DNA from: Vulcanimicrobiota bacterium
Lineage (GTDB): Bacteria; Vulcanimicrobiota; Vulcanimicrobiia; Vulcanimicrobiales; Vulcanimicrobiaceae
Reading direction: 5' to 3'
Assembly (NCBI GenBank): GCA_963820825.1
Contig: CAWGBN010000006.1
Coordinates: 1-64,000 of the forward strand
DNA: 64,000 bases
Both the position numbers and the translations under genes were made by a program. This document shows, piece after piece, positions 1 through 8,948 of the stretch (within the stretch, counting starts at the first letter, position 1; each line of letters opens with the position of its first letter). The notes beneath the pieces were generated by a model. That model did no database searches, was not told where the DNA came from, and saw only the letters and a program-made list of their open reading frames with translations.

Positions 1-62
1 GAAGAGTACGTGGGCGTTTGAACGAGAGGATTGCGTAGCGCTCGTGCAATACTTGCGCTCGA

Positions 63-1436
63 TTACGAACGAGCGCGCGCCCTCAAGACCATGAACGCGA
101 TCAGGGCGGCGACGGCAACGATCGTTGCGACGAGCGAAACCCGCAGCGCCCAGACTCGTCCCTGAATACCGGCGCACTCGGGGAAGTTCGGTATCGGCAG
201 CACTTGTGCGCACCAGGCGACGCGCCATGAATCATTCCCCCACGTTCCGCGCGCTACCGAGTCCTCCGATGCCCAGCCGCTGCTTTGACGATCCCAAAGG
301 GCCCGAAGCCGAGGCTCGCTCTTCAGCCGTGCGTGCAGGCTCGCTACGGACGAGGCGTCGATCCGCTCGAGACCCCAGGTGCGGTCGAAATCTCGGGTGC
401 GCAGCCACACGCGCGCCGATGAGTCGAACGCGTATTCGTCGACGTCGCGCAACGAGCCGTTCGGCGCGATCTCGAGCGCGTAAAAGGCGGGGTTGTTGAA
501 AAAGATCGGTGAGAGCGAACCGAGGACTACGACCGGCACGTCGCCGGCAAGACGGACGTCGAAGCGGTGCGCGTGACCGGCAATCGCGTACGCAACGCGA
601 TGCCCGGGGGAGGAGAGCGCATCGACGAGCTGGTTGGTATACCGCGGTTTTAGAAACGGCCAAGCCAAGAAGCCGTGCACGTACTCGGTCGAGAAGGGAT
701 CGAAACCTGGTGGGATGTGTATCATCACGACGTTGCGCGTCCCGGCAGGGGTAGCGCGAAGCGTCGATTCCAGCCAGCGTAGCTCGTCGGCCGCGGCACT
801 GGACTCTGCCGCGTAACAATTACCTCGATACTGACTCGAAAAGAGCACTGTATTCAAAGCGATGAGTCGCAGACCGCGCACCGGAAGCCTTGCGGTATAG
901 GAGCCGGTCCGCGCGAATGACGCGGCAAACGACGGCGCCGCGCCGTCGCGGTTGACGAGCGGAGCCCAGATCGATGCGACGCTACGTAGGTATGCGCTTC
1001 CATCGGCGCTTCGATAGTCTCCGCAAGGGACGTCGTTATTGCCGATCGCAATCGCGTACTGCGCTTTGGGAAAGGTGCGCTCAAGCATCGCCGCGATCCA
1101 CCGCATCGATCGAATCCCGGCCTCGTTGGGGCTACCGTCGCGAAGGCCCAGATGCAGCGCGAAGTCGTGCATGAGAAAGTCGCCCGGCAACAGCACGACC
1201 GACGGATTCGGCTCGGCGCGCTTCATTCGCGCGAGCGCCGATTCAAAAAGCGATACGTTCGTATCGGTACCATAGGAACTGGGGGCCGGCGAGCGATCGA
1301 ATAAATCTAGGTGAATGTCGCTGAGCGCGAGCCAGATTTGTCCGCCTGCCGCGGGCTCCGCGCGAGCCGCCACCGGGAACGCAATCACGATCCACAGGAG
1401 CGCTGCCAGCGGCGTCGCGATTCTACTAAGCAACAA
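63..1436 (-). CDS. Secreted metallophosphoesterase (acid sphingomyelinase-like, calcineurin-like fold) with C-terminal membrane anchor
   Basis: Signal peptide; SDIH, GDFLMHD, GNND, HIPP and GHAH metal-binding motifs; hydrophobic C-terminal helix with basic tail. Confidence 0.8.
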   Translation of the reverse strand: MLLSRIATPLAALLWIVIAFPVAARAEPAAGGQIWLALSDIHLDLFDRSPAPSSYGTDTNVSLFESALARMKRAEPNPSVVLLPGDFLMHDFALHLGLRDGSPNEAGIRSMRWIAAMLERTFPKAQYAIAIGNNDVPCGDYRSADGSAYLRSVASIWAPLVNRDGAAPSFAASFARTGSYTARLPVRGLRLIALNTVLFSSQYRGNCYAAESSAAADELRWLESTLRATPAGTRNVVMIHIPPGFDPFSTEYVHGFLAWPFLKPRYTNQLVDALSSPGHRVAYAIAGHAHRFDVRLAGDVPVVVLGSLSPIFFNNPAFYALEIAPNGSLRDVDEYAFDSSARVWLRTRDFDRTWGLERIDASSVASLHARLKSEPRLRALWDRQSSGWASEDSVARGTWGNDSWRVAWCAQVLPIPNFPECAGIQGRVWALRVSLVATIVAVAALIAFMVLRARARS

Positions 1437-1516
1437 AGGCCGTCTAACTTAGTGCGCCGGCGGCCGGTCTCCTCGGTGAAAAGGAGTAAACGAACGCGCG
1501 CTTCGAAAGCGCGGGT

Positions 1517-2701
1517 ATGTCGACAGCCGGCGGCAGCCATCGCCCGATTCGCATTCTTGCCCTCCTCGACGATGAGGTTGTCTCGGGGAAGGTCAAGCCG
1601 GTCTTGACGCTTGCACGATACGCACGAGAAGATGCGCAGACTCTGCGACCGCTCGAAATATCGATGCTGACCTTTTCACGCAGCGAGGACGAGTCGGAGC
1701 TGGCCACGTCCCTCGCTCGAGAGGGCTTCGCGATCGACGTGGTGCGCGAGCGGCATCGATTCGATTTCCGCGTCTTTGCGCAGCTGCGCGCAATCGTCGA
1801 CCGAATCCAGCCCGACGTGCTCTGGACGCACGGCTCGAAGACGCATTTCCTCGCCCGTCTTGCAGGCTTGCACCGCGGGCGGACGTGGATCGCATTTCAC
1901 CACGGTTACACCGAGACGAGTCTCGTGTGGACGTTGTACGAGCAACTCGACCGCTGGTCTTTGCGCGGTGCCGATCGCGTTATGACGGCATGCGAGGCAT
2001 TCGCCGCCGATTTGAACGCGCGTCTCGGCATCGACGCAGAGCGGCTGCGAGTGCACCGGTCTCCCATCGCGGCGCGCTCGCAACCGCCGCTTCGCCGCGA
2101 GCAGGGAGGCTTGCGCGCCGAACTCGGCCTTTCGCCGGACGAACGGGTCGTCGTCTCGGTCGGCAGATTATCGAAGGAGAAGGGCTATGCCGACCTGATC
2201 GCCGCCATGGCGGAAGTGCGACAGAATTTCGGCCCACGAACGGCGCTGGTGATTGTCGGGGAGGGACCGGAACGCACCCATCTCGAGAGTATTAGGAACC
2301 GACTGGGGCTCACCGGGTCGGTCCATCTGGCAGGATATCAACCAGACGTATCGGCCTACTACGAGCTCGCCGACGTCTTTGCTTTGACGTCGTACAGCGA
2401 AGGTTCGCCCAACGTGCTGTTGGAGGCAATGGATGCCGGAGTGCCGATCGTTGCAACCGCGGTCGGGGGCGTCGTCGAGATGATCCGCGACCGGGAGCAC
2501 GGTTTGCTGGTGCCGGCCGGCGCTATCGGCGCGATCGCAGGCGGCATCGTAACACTCCTGCACGATGCCGACCTGCGGCTTGCGCTGGCGACCGCTGCCC
2601 GCGAGTCGCTGAGCGCGTACGCTCCCGAGCGATACTATGCCTCGATTCGCTCGGTCTTTGAAGAGAGCGTCACAGCTCTACCGGCGCGGCGGCGGGGCTA
2701 A
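1517..2701 (+). CDS. Glycosyltransferase family 4 (GT-B)
   Basis: VGRLSKEKG, IVGEGPER, S-Y-S-E-G-S-P-N-V-L-L-E-A-M and VATAVGG motifs. Confidence 0.9.
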   Translation: MSTAGGSHRPIRILALLDDEVVSGKVKPVLTLARYAREDAQTLRPLEISMLTFSRSEDESELATSLAREGFAIDVVRERHRFDFRVFAQLRAIVDRIQPDVLWTHGSKTHFLARLAGLHRGRTWIAFHHGYTETSLVWTLYEQLDRWSLRGADRVMTACEAFAADLNARLGIDAERLRVHRSPIAARSQPPLRREQGGLRAELGLSPDERVVVSVGRLSKEKGYADLIAAMAEVRQNFGPRTALVIVGEGPERTHLESIRNRLGLTGSVHLAGYQPDVSAYYELADVFALTSYSEGSPNVLLEAMDAGVPIVATAVGGVVEMIRDREHGLLVPAGAIGAIAGGIVTLLHDADLRLALATAARESLSAYAPERYYASIRSVFEESVTALPARRRG

Positions 2702-4509
2702 TCGCTCTCGAACAAAATTACGCCGCACTGGCCGCAAAGCGTGTCGGAGCCGTCGCCCTTGAACGGCGCGGCTTGAGACGACAACGAATTGGACCCCGTG
2801 CAATAGGTGGTATTCGTACACGTCGACAGCGGGATCGATCCGCCGGAAACCGCGTGATATGGAACCGACGTCAGCTCGCCGCCGTGCAGCGCCAGTGAGT
2901 ACTTATACGAAGAGATCGGATCGACGGCGAACCACGTACTCGCGATATTCTCCGTGGCCGTGCTGGTATTCAGGCACGCCGCCGTTCGGCCGTAGTCGAG
3001 CCCGTTGACGAATAAATGACGGTACTGCTGGCAGTAGATGCCCGCCGACCCTGCGCACTGCGCCAGGAGCGAGACCGCGCCGCCGCTGTCGCCGGCCGCC
3101 GAAGGACAGCCGCCGCCGACCGTTTCCGTCGTTCCGTTCCAGATAAACTTGCCGACGGGGTGCTCGGCGCCCGACGGAACGAGCGTCTCTTCGAAGTAGT
3201 ACGGCACTTCGGTCGTCGTGCCGCCGATCGAGTAAATGAAGGGCAGCACGCGGTCGGGCATTCCGGTTTTCGGATTGGCAACGAGCCAGCGGAATGCCAA
3301 CGCCGCGGTGCGGGCCAAGATGCCGCCGCTTACGTCACCGGGACCGCCTCTGCCCCAGCCCGGTTCGAAGTCGAGGATCTTCGTGTGCGCGCAGCCGCCG
3401 GAAGTCTTCGTATAGAGATGCGCGATCGTGTTGATTTCGGCCGTCATGGTCCGCGAATCTGAGAACTCATAACCGTTACGGCCGACGAAGATCGGGCGCT
3501 CGGCGATGAAATACTTCAGGTTATCGTGCCGGGCGACGCGGCAGATTGGACCGATCGCGATCTGGTCGTCGATTTCACCTGCAAAGTACGCACCGTGACA
3601 ATGACCGTCGCCGATGACGTTGCAGGCGTCGAGATCGCCGGCGCCGGGCGCCAAACCGTTGAGCATGACGTTGACGCAACGACCCACGCAAGCCTTGTTG
3701 ACGAACGAGCCGAGCGCCGCCTCATAGTCGAGCTGCTGTGCGTACGTTCCGCATCCGCGCTTGGTCGCAAAGCCGTCCTCCGGAGCCAGCCCGCAGGCAA
3801 ACTCGGTCGAGACGTTGCTGTAGCCGCCGACCCGGATGCTTCCCTCGATGCCGGAGTCGTCTTCCATCACCCCGTACGGCGCCGGGAAATCCTTTTGATC
3901 GTTTGAGCCGTTCCAAACGTTGGTCGATAGATACGAGGCAAACGCCTTGTCCGCTGGATTGAAATAGATGGAGCTACCGTTTTGACACGCTCCCGGACTT
4001 CCGCCGGGAAGCCGGTTCGACGAAGTTACGGTGCCGTCCCAAAGGTGGAGCATGGCGCTTTCATCTTGCGAGCTCGCCCACTGATACGCTTGCGTTTCGA
4101 TTTGCGTGTTGCAATAGTTGAGCAGCAGGTCGGTATATTTGTACGGATTGCAGCCGGACGGATTGGCAGGGCTGGGACGGCCGCCGGGGCAGCTCGCCTT
4201 TAAGTCGTCGCTGGTGTTCTCGTTGTTATCGAGGACGACCGCGAATAGGTGTTGATCCGCGAGTGCGCCGGGGTCGGTGTTACCGTCCGATGGATCTCCA
4301 CCGTATCCGCCGGCGGGAATGACGAGCACGTGCGACCGTTTCTTGCTTCGGTGCGCGGGCCGAGGCGAAGATTGATGGTCGGATCCTCGCTGCATTGCGT
4401 GATCCGGCAGTAACTGCAACGGCGGCGTCCCCGACGCTCCGCCGCACGCGCACAGCATCATGAACGAGCTTGTCGTAGCAATCAAGACTAACCCACGATA
4501 TGCACCCAT
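2698..4509 (-). CDS. Cys-rich secreted/lipoprotein of unknown function (possible TIM-barrel glycoside hydrolase); paralog of 5277..7187
   Basis: Lipobox-like LCAC; shares many blocks with 5277..7187 (CNPYKY, FPxPYGxxED, EVPYxFEETLVP, GDSGGAV). Confidence 0.75.
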   Translation of the reverse strand: MGAYRGLVLIATTSSFMMLCACGGASGTPPLQLLPDHAMQRGSDHQSSPRPAHRSKKRSHVLVIPAGGYGGDPSDGNTDPGALADQHLFAVVLDNNENTSDDLKASCPGGRPSPANPSGCNPYKYTDLLLNYCNTQIETQAYQWASSQDESAMLHLWDGTVTSSNRLPGGSPGACQNGSSIYFNPADKAFASYLSTNVWNGSNDQKDFPAPYGVMEDDSGIEGSIRVGGYSNVSTEFACGLAPEDGFATKRGCGTYAQQLDYEAALGSFVNKACVGRCVNVMLNGLAPGAGDLDACNVIGDGHCHGAYFAGEIDDQIAIGPICRVARHDNLKYFIAERPIFVGRNGYEFSDSRTMTAEINTIAHLYTKTSGGCAHTKILDFEPGWGRGGPGDVSGGILARTAALAFRWLVANPKTGMPDRVLPFIYSIGGTTTEVPYYFEETLVPSGAEHPVGKFIWNGTTETVGGGCPSAAGDSGGAVSLLAQCAGSAGIYCQQYRHLFVNGLDYGRTAACLNTSTATENIASTWFAVDPISSYKYSLALHGGELTSVPYHAVSGGSIPLSTCTNTTYCTGSNSLSSQAAPFKGDGSDTLCGQCGVILFESD

Positions 4510-4515
4510 AGCGGG

Positions 4516-4550
4516 ATTATGCCATGGAGAGTGCCCGTTAACGCGTAAAC
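4516..4550 (-). promoter_or_regulatory. Extended -10 promoter (TGG-CATAAT) 6 nt before the ATG at 4509, plus upstream palindrome GTTAACGCGTAAAC
   Basis: attatg at 4516-4521 (CATAAT on minus strand); no SD, spacing fits a leaderless mRNA; palindrome at 4537-4550. Confidence 0.5.
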
Positions 4551-4677
4551 GAAATCGCTACGTTGAGTTAGAATAATTTCGGCACGGGAGTTCGTATCTT
4601 AGCCACAGATATGGCGCGGCAAATTCGGCCTCGCGCCACGACGGGAGGAAACGCGTTACACCACGCTCGCGATCGAA

Positions 4678-5094
4678 TTGACCATGGTGCCGAACCTTTG
4701 GGAAGGCTCCGGAGCGCAGCGCAGTCGAGCCGCCAATCGGCGGCCTCGCGAACGAGCTTCAAAGATCGACCGGAAGCTGTACGCGTTGAGGCAACTCATC
4801 ACGAATTTTTCGGTTGAGCAGTTTGATCCGCGCATTTTGGGCCTTACCCGGATCGATGAAGTGAGCTGTACTCCGAGCCGTTGCCAAACCGGATCGTTTA
4901 GGATTTCCGCTTCCCGAATTGACAATAGCGATGTAGCCGATATCGAGACGATACAATCACAACGCGTAAAGCCCGCGCCGAATAAAAGCGTCCTCGCTGC
5001 GGCGCGGGCGTCGCTGCTGGTCGCGGCGACATTTGGTGGGTGCGCAGGCATGATGCATCAGATCGCAAGCCTAATCGGGCCGCTCATGTCGTAG
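4678..5094 (+). CDS. Hypothetical protein, possible C-terminal membrane helix
   Basis: Longest ORF in an 800-bp gap; hydrophobic C-terminus; no recognisable motif. Confidence 0.3.
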   Translation: MTMVPNLWEGSGAQRSRAANRRPRERASKIDRKLYALRQLITNFSVEQFDPRILGLTRIDEVSCTPSRCQTGSFRISASRIDNSDVADIETIQSQRVKPAPNKSVLAAARASLLVAATFGGCAGMMHQIASLIGPLMS

Positions 5095-5276
5095 CGCCGA
5101 ACTGCCGCAAGAGGACCCTGCGCGCCAAATTCCGACCCTCTGGGCGGGCGGACTGATGCCAGCGCCCTTAGGGACAACAACGCTAGCCGGATGGATTTGA
5201 CCCACGCGGCGAACGCTAGTAAGCTTGGATATGGCGCTAGGGTGGTCGCGTTTCCCCTTGGTGAGGAGGACTCAGC

Positions 5277-7187
5277 ATCGTCGAAAGATTTGCGTTCGCC
5301 TTAATCGCTCTGTTCGGTTCGATCGTCGCCATGGCGAAGGTCCCGGCCATTCCGAGTGTTGTTATCTCCCAGGCGAGCACTCCAACACCACCCGCGGTCA
5401 TACCAGCGTGGATTTTGGGCGGTGGCAACTTCTACGGCGGCCAACAATCGGGAGTCGCGCCCTGTCCGACGGGAGGCTGCTCATTTTACGATGTTGATCC
5501 CGGTTCGGATCCGGATAAGCACCTCTTTGCCGGGGTGATCGACGCAAGTGAGGCAACTCCATCGGCGTTGCCGAGCCACTGTCCGGGCATTGGCTCAGGC
5601 GGCAGCAATGTTTCGAACTGTAACCCCTATAAGTATGTTAACATCCTCTGGCCTCTTTGCGACACAAGCATCTCGCAGAGCGCGTTCGAATATCTTGACG
5701 GAAGCGATCCGGCAGGGTTTCTTCACGAATATGACAGCCACAGCGTGCGTTTCAACCTTGGCTTTAATAGTCTGTGCGGCTCGCCAATGCCCTCCCCGAC
5801 TCCGGCATATCCGGCTAACCCTGGGAACGCCAGTTATCTTAGTTGGCTGAGCACGAACGCATGGACGACCGCAAACTTCCCAACTCCGTACGGAATCCTT
5901 GAGGACAACTTTGGCGTTTCCGGCTACCCCTGTGGCGTTACCTACGAGTATGGTTCTACCAATAATGGCCCATGTAACATGGTGGGTGATGCTACGCCGT
6001 CTCCATCGCCGACGGATACCGACTGGGAATCGGCACTAGGATTATTCGCCGCCAACACCTGCGGTACGACGTGCTTCCAGTTTGCTGCAAACGGACTCAT
6101 GCCCGGTAACGGGTTAGACACGGGTTCCTGCAACAATATTGGAAGTGGGCAATGCTGGGTCACCGGAAGCGGCGGAGTCATAAGCGATGCTGACTCGATT
6201 GCGAACGTTTGTGCCAACGCTTCTTCTAGCGGAAACCTGCGGGCGATTGAGGCCGAGGAAGTGGTGTTTCTGAAAGGCAGTCCCGAACCATCGCCGGTTC
6301 CGTCCCCGACGCCGAGCATCACTCCAGTCTACGCCAAGACTCAGACCATCGTATACATGCTGAATACGATTAGCCAACTCGTCACGCATACGAGTGACGG
6401 TTGTAAGAACATGGTGGCCGTTGACATCGAAGCCGGTGGAGGTAGCTTCTATCCTCTCCTTGGCTACGGCCCAGGATCAGGTTCACCCAGCGCTGGGATC
6501 CCGGTTCGGTTGGAGGCCACGGCAATGCGCTTTCTTGTGCCGGATCCGGTAACGTTAGTCCCCGATCGCATCGTGCCGTTTTACTACACGATTGGCGGCA
6601 CGAACAATCACTGGGCGCCTAGCGATTCAGGGACTTCCTCTTGCAACTCAAGCCCATACTGCGAAGTGCCGTACTTCTTTGAGGAGACGTTGGTGCCCCA
6701 GGGCCCGGACGTATCGGTAGGGGCATTCTCATGGAACGGTTCAACCCAATCGGTAGGCGATGGCTGCCCATCAAATCCGGGCGACAGCGGCGGAGCAGTG
6801 GACCTGGTGGCGACCTGCGTTGGCATAGATGGATCAGCGGTCTTCCGGCAAGTGTATGATCACCTCTACATTGACGGCGAAGACTATGGTCCCGCGGCGG
6901 TCTTGCTGAATACGTCACCCGTAACGAGCGTTCCCATTGTCAGTTCGTGGTTTTCATGCACGGGATGCCACGGTATCTCGGCCTTCAACTACAAGTTAGC
7001 CCTTTCGGGAGGGGAACTACAGTCTGTAAATTATCCTGGCAGGCTTGTTCCGATTTCGCTACCGTGCACCCAAACGACGTACTGCAATGGTGACAATAGC
7101 GTCCCTGGGAACACATCCCCCTTCAGTTCAGGTAGCCCAGGCGGCATAGGTCCGCACAGCGGTATGATACTGCTTGCCTCGCATTAG
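5277..7187 (+). CDS. Cys-rich, Pro/Ser/Thr-linker secreted protein; paralog of 2698..4509 (ORF track start 5331, likely true start ATC 5277)
   Basis: GAGGAGGA SD at 5263-5270; in-frame ATC adds signal peptide VERFAFALIALFGSIVA; shared motifs with 2698..4509. Confidence 0.75.
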   Translation: MVERFAFALIALFGSIVAMAKVPAIPSVVISQASTPTPPAVIPAWILGGGNFYGGQQSGVAPCPTGGCSFYDVDPGSDPDKHLFAGVIDASEATPSALPSHCPGIGSGGSNVSNCNPYKYVNILWPLCDTSISQSAFEYLDGSDPAGFLHEYDSHSVRFNLGFNSLCGSPMPSPTPAYPANPGNASYLSWLSTNAWTTANFPTPYGILEDNFGVSGYPCGVTYEYGSTNNGPCNMVGDATPSPSPTDTDWESALGLFAANTCGTTCFQFAANGLMPGNGLDTGSCNNIGSGQCWVTGSGGVISDADSIANVCANASSSGNLRAIEAEEVVFLKGSPEPSPVPSPTPSITPVYAKTQTIVYMLNTISQLVTHTSDGCKNMVAVDIEAGGGSFYPLLGYGPGSGSPSAGIPVRLEATAMRFLVPDPVTLVPDRIVPFYYTIGGTNNHWAPSDSGTSSCNSSPYCEVPYFFEETLVPQGPDVSVGAFSWNGSTQSVGDGCPSNPGDSGGAVDLVATCVGIDGSAVFRQVYDHLYIDGEDYGPAAVLLNTSPVTSVPIVSSWFSCTGCHGISAFNYKLALSGGELQSVNYPGRLVPISLPCTQTTYCNGDNSVPGNTSPFSSGSPGGIGPHSGMILLASH

Positions 7188-7385
7188 GGAAGCGTGCGGT
7201 CAATAGAGTTGTCGCTTTTCTCTGAGCTTCAACGTCGCTGCGATGAAATGCGCCGCTCTCGTCGAACGCAACATTTTGGTGTTCTCGCTCGTTGCCCTCA
7301 CAGGCGCGGGCAATACAAGCTTTCGGTGCGCCATCGCTAATGCGTATGGCCCCGCGGCATTAGGCCGCGTGCATTCGGCTTTGGA

Positions 7386-8657
7386 GTGATGAAAATGACC
7401 AAATCGTTTTTCTGTGTTCCCTCGATCGCGGTGACGGCCCTAATTCTCGCAAGCTGTACCGGATCGCAGATTCCCACGGCGACGCCAGGCTCGGTCGCGC
7501 AGCAGCGGGAACCGTCACGGGCACCGCGAGCTCCCGCTACCACCGGATATCAGTCCCTCTACAGTTTCGGGGCGGGCTCTGACGGCCAGATGCCAAAGGC
7601 GGCCTTGGTCGACGTGCACGGTGCGCTCTATGGCACGACCTATGGCGGCGGGGAATACGGCGACGGAACCGTGTTCAGCATAAGCACCGCGGGGTCCGAG
7701 AAAGTTCGCCATAGCTTCAGTGGCGCCCAGCACGATGGCGCAAACCCCGCGGCGGCCTTGGTGGCGATGCAAGGCCAACTGTATGGAACGACGCAGTATG
7801 GGGGGCGAAACTCGTTTGGAACCGTCTTTCGAATGAGGACGAATGGCTCCGAGAAGGTCCTGTACAGCTTCCTCGGTGTTCCGTTCGCCGCGAACCCGGC
7901 AGCGAGCTTGATTAACGTGAACGGTACGTTGTACGGAACGACTCAGTATGGTGGGGTCAACTGCTCGCCGAACGGATGCGGCACGGTTTTTAGTATCACA
8001 AAGACCGGCTCGGAAAACGTGTTGTATAAGCTCCGCGGCTACGGCTATCCGCCGAACAGTGACGGTTCGAACCCCGTTGCGAGCCTGGTTTATGTAAGCG
8101 GGGCCTTATGGGGTACCGCGGAGTCTGGGGGAGGTTTTCCCCATGGCAGCCAGGGCGACGTCGGAGCCGTGTTTAGAGTCAATATCGCCGGTACCGAAAA
8201 AATGGTGTACTGGTTTGACGTTTACCCTTATAGCTCCAACGGATGCTATCCCCAGGCAGCCTTGACTAACGTGAACGGCACAATGTATGGCACAACGTCA
8301 TTCAGCGGCATGTATGGCGGAGGAACCGTTTTAAAATATCCCCGCAGCGGCCGTGCACATCCTGTACTCATGCATAGCTTCGGCTACGGGTCCGATGGAA
8401 GCTCGCCCATTGCCGCACTGCTCAACGTGAAGGGCATGCTTTACGGTACGACGTCCAAGGGCGGCGCGTACGGGGGCGGCACACTCTTCAGCATCAACCC
8501 AACTACAGGCGCCGAAACGGTACTGCATAGCTTTGGCTATGGCTCCGATGGCGCGAAGCCGCTTGCAGGCTTGGTCAACGTAAACGGCTCCCTGTACGGC
8601 ACGACATCAGCGGGCGGCACATACGGCAAGGGAACCGTGTTTGCGTTAACGCCATAG
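7386..8657 (+). CDS. GloVer-type tandem repeat (choice-of-anchor) lipoprotein, predicted beta-propeller
   Basis: Lipobox LASC; about 7 repeats of DGxxPxAxL...G.LYGTT..GG...GTVF. Confidence 0.85.
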   Translation: MMKMTKSFFCVPSIAVTALILASCTGSQIPTATPGSVAQQREPSRAPRAPATTGYQSLYSFGAGSDGQMPKAALVDVHGALYGTTYGGGEYGDGTVFSISTAGSEKVRHSFSGAQHDGANPAAALVAMQGQLYGTTQYGGRNSFGTVFRMRTNGSEKVLYSFLGVPFAANPAASLINVNGTLYGTTQYGGVNCSPNGCGTVFSITKTGSENVLYKLRGYGYPPNSDGSNPVASLVYVSGALWGTAESGGGFPHGSQGDVGAVFRVNIAGTEKMVYWFDVYPYSSNGCYPQAALTNVNGTMYGTTSFSGMYGGGTVLKYPRSGRAHPVLMHSFGYGSDGSSPIAALLNVKGMLYGTTSKGGAYGGGTLFSINPTTGAETVLHSFGYGSDGAKPLAGLVNVNGSLYGTTSAGGTYGKGTVFALTP

Positions 8658-8948
8658 GAGGCACTTCAGTATCACCCGCGCCGCGTCCGCAGTAGCCGAT
8701 CGTGTAGCGCCCTGAGAGCTTAGCTTCGAACGCAGGGCCAAACCGGAACTGCAAAGCCCATTGTTTAGTATCCCGCATGGCGAGCGCAAGCATCAAGCAC
8801 TGAACCCGTCCTTGAGATCGGCTGTCCGGCCGGCGTTTTTAACCCATCTCCGGGCGAGTCGGGAATTTGTAACATCTCGTCGAAATTCATCCCGAAAATG
8901 CCCCCGGGAGACTCCGTCGTCCGGCATCCCGCACCAGTCAGGCCATAA

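Noticed and set aside
7540..8650. Recurring nucleotide repeats suggesting CRISPR or DGR-like arrays
   Set aside because: They are degenerate codon-level repeats of the GloVer protein, with no fixed repeat-spacer periodicity
8725..8800. CAGGGCCAAACC...GCAAAGCC resembling a c-di-GMP-I (GEMM) riboswitch upstream of the deacetylase
   Set aside because: The GNRA-capped P2 stem and GGGAC are missing and P3 pairing is poor; a cmsearch would be needed, and at best it is a decayed copy
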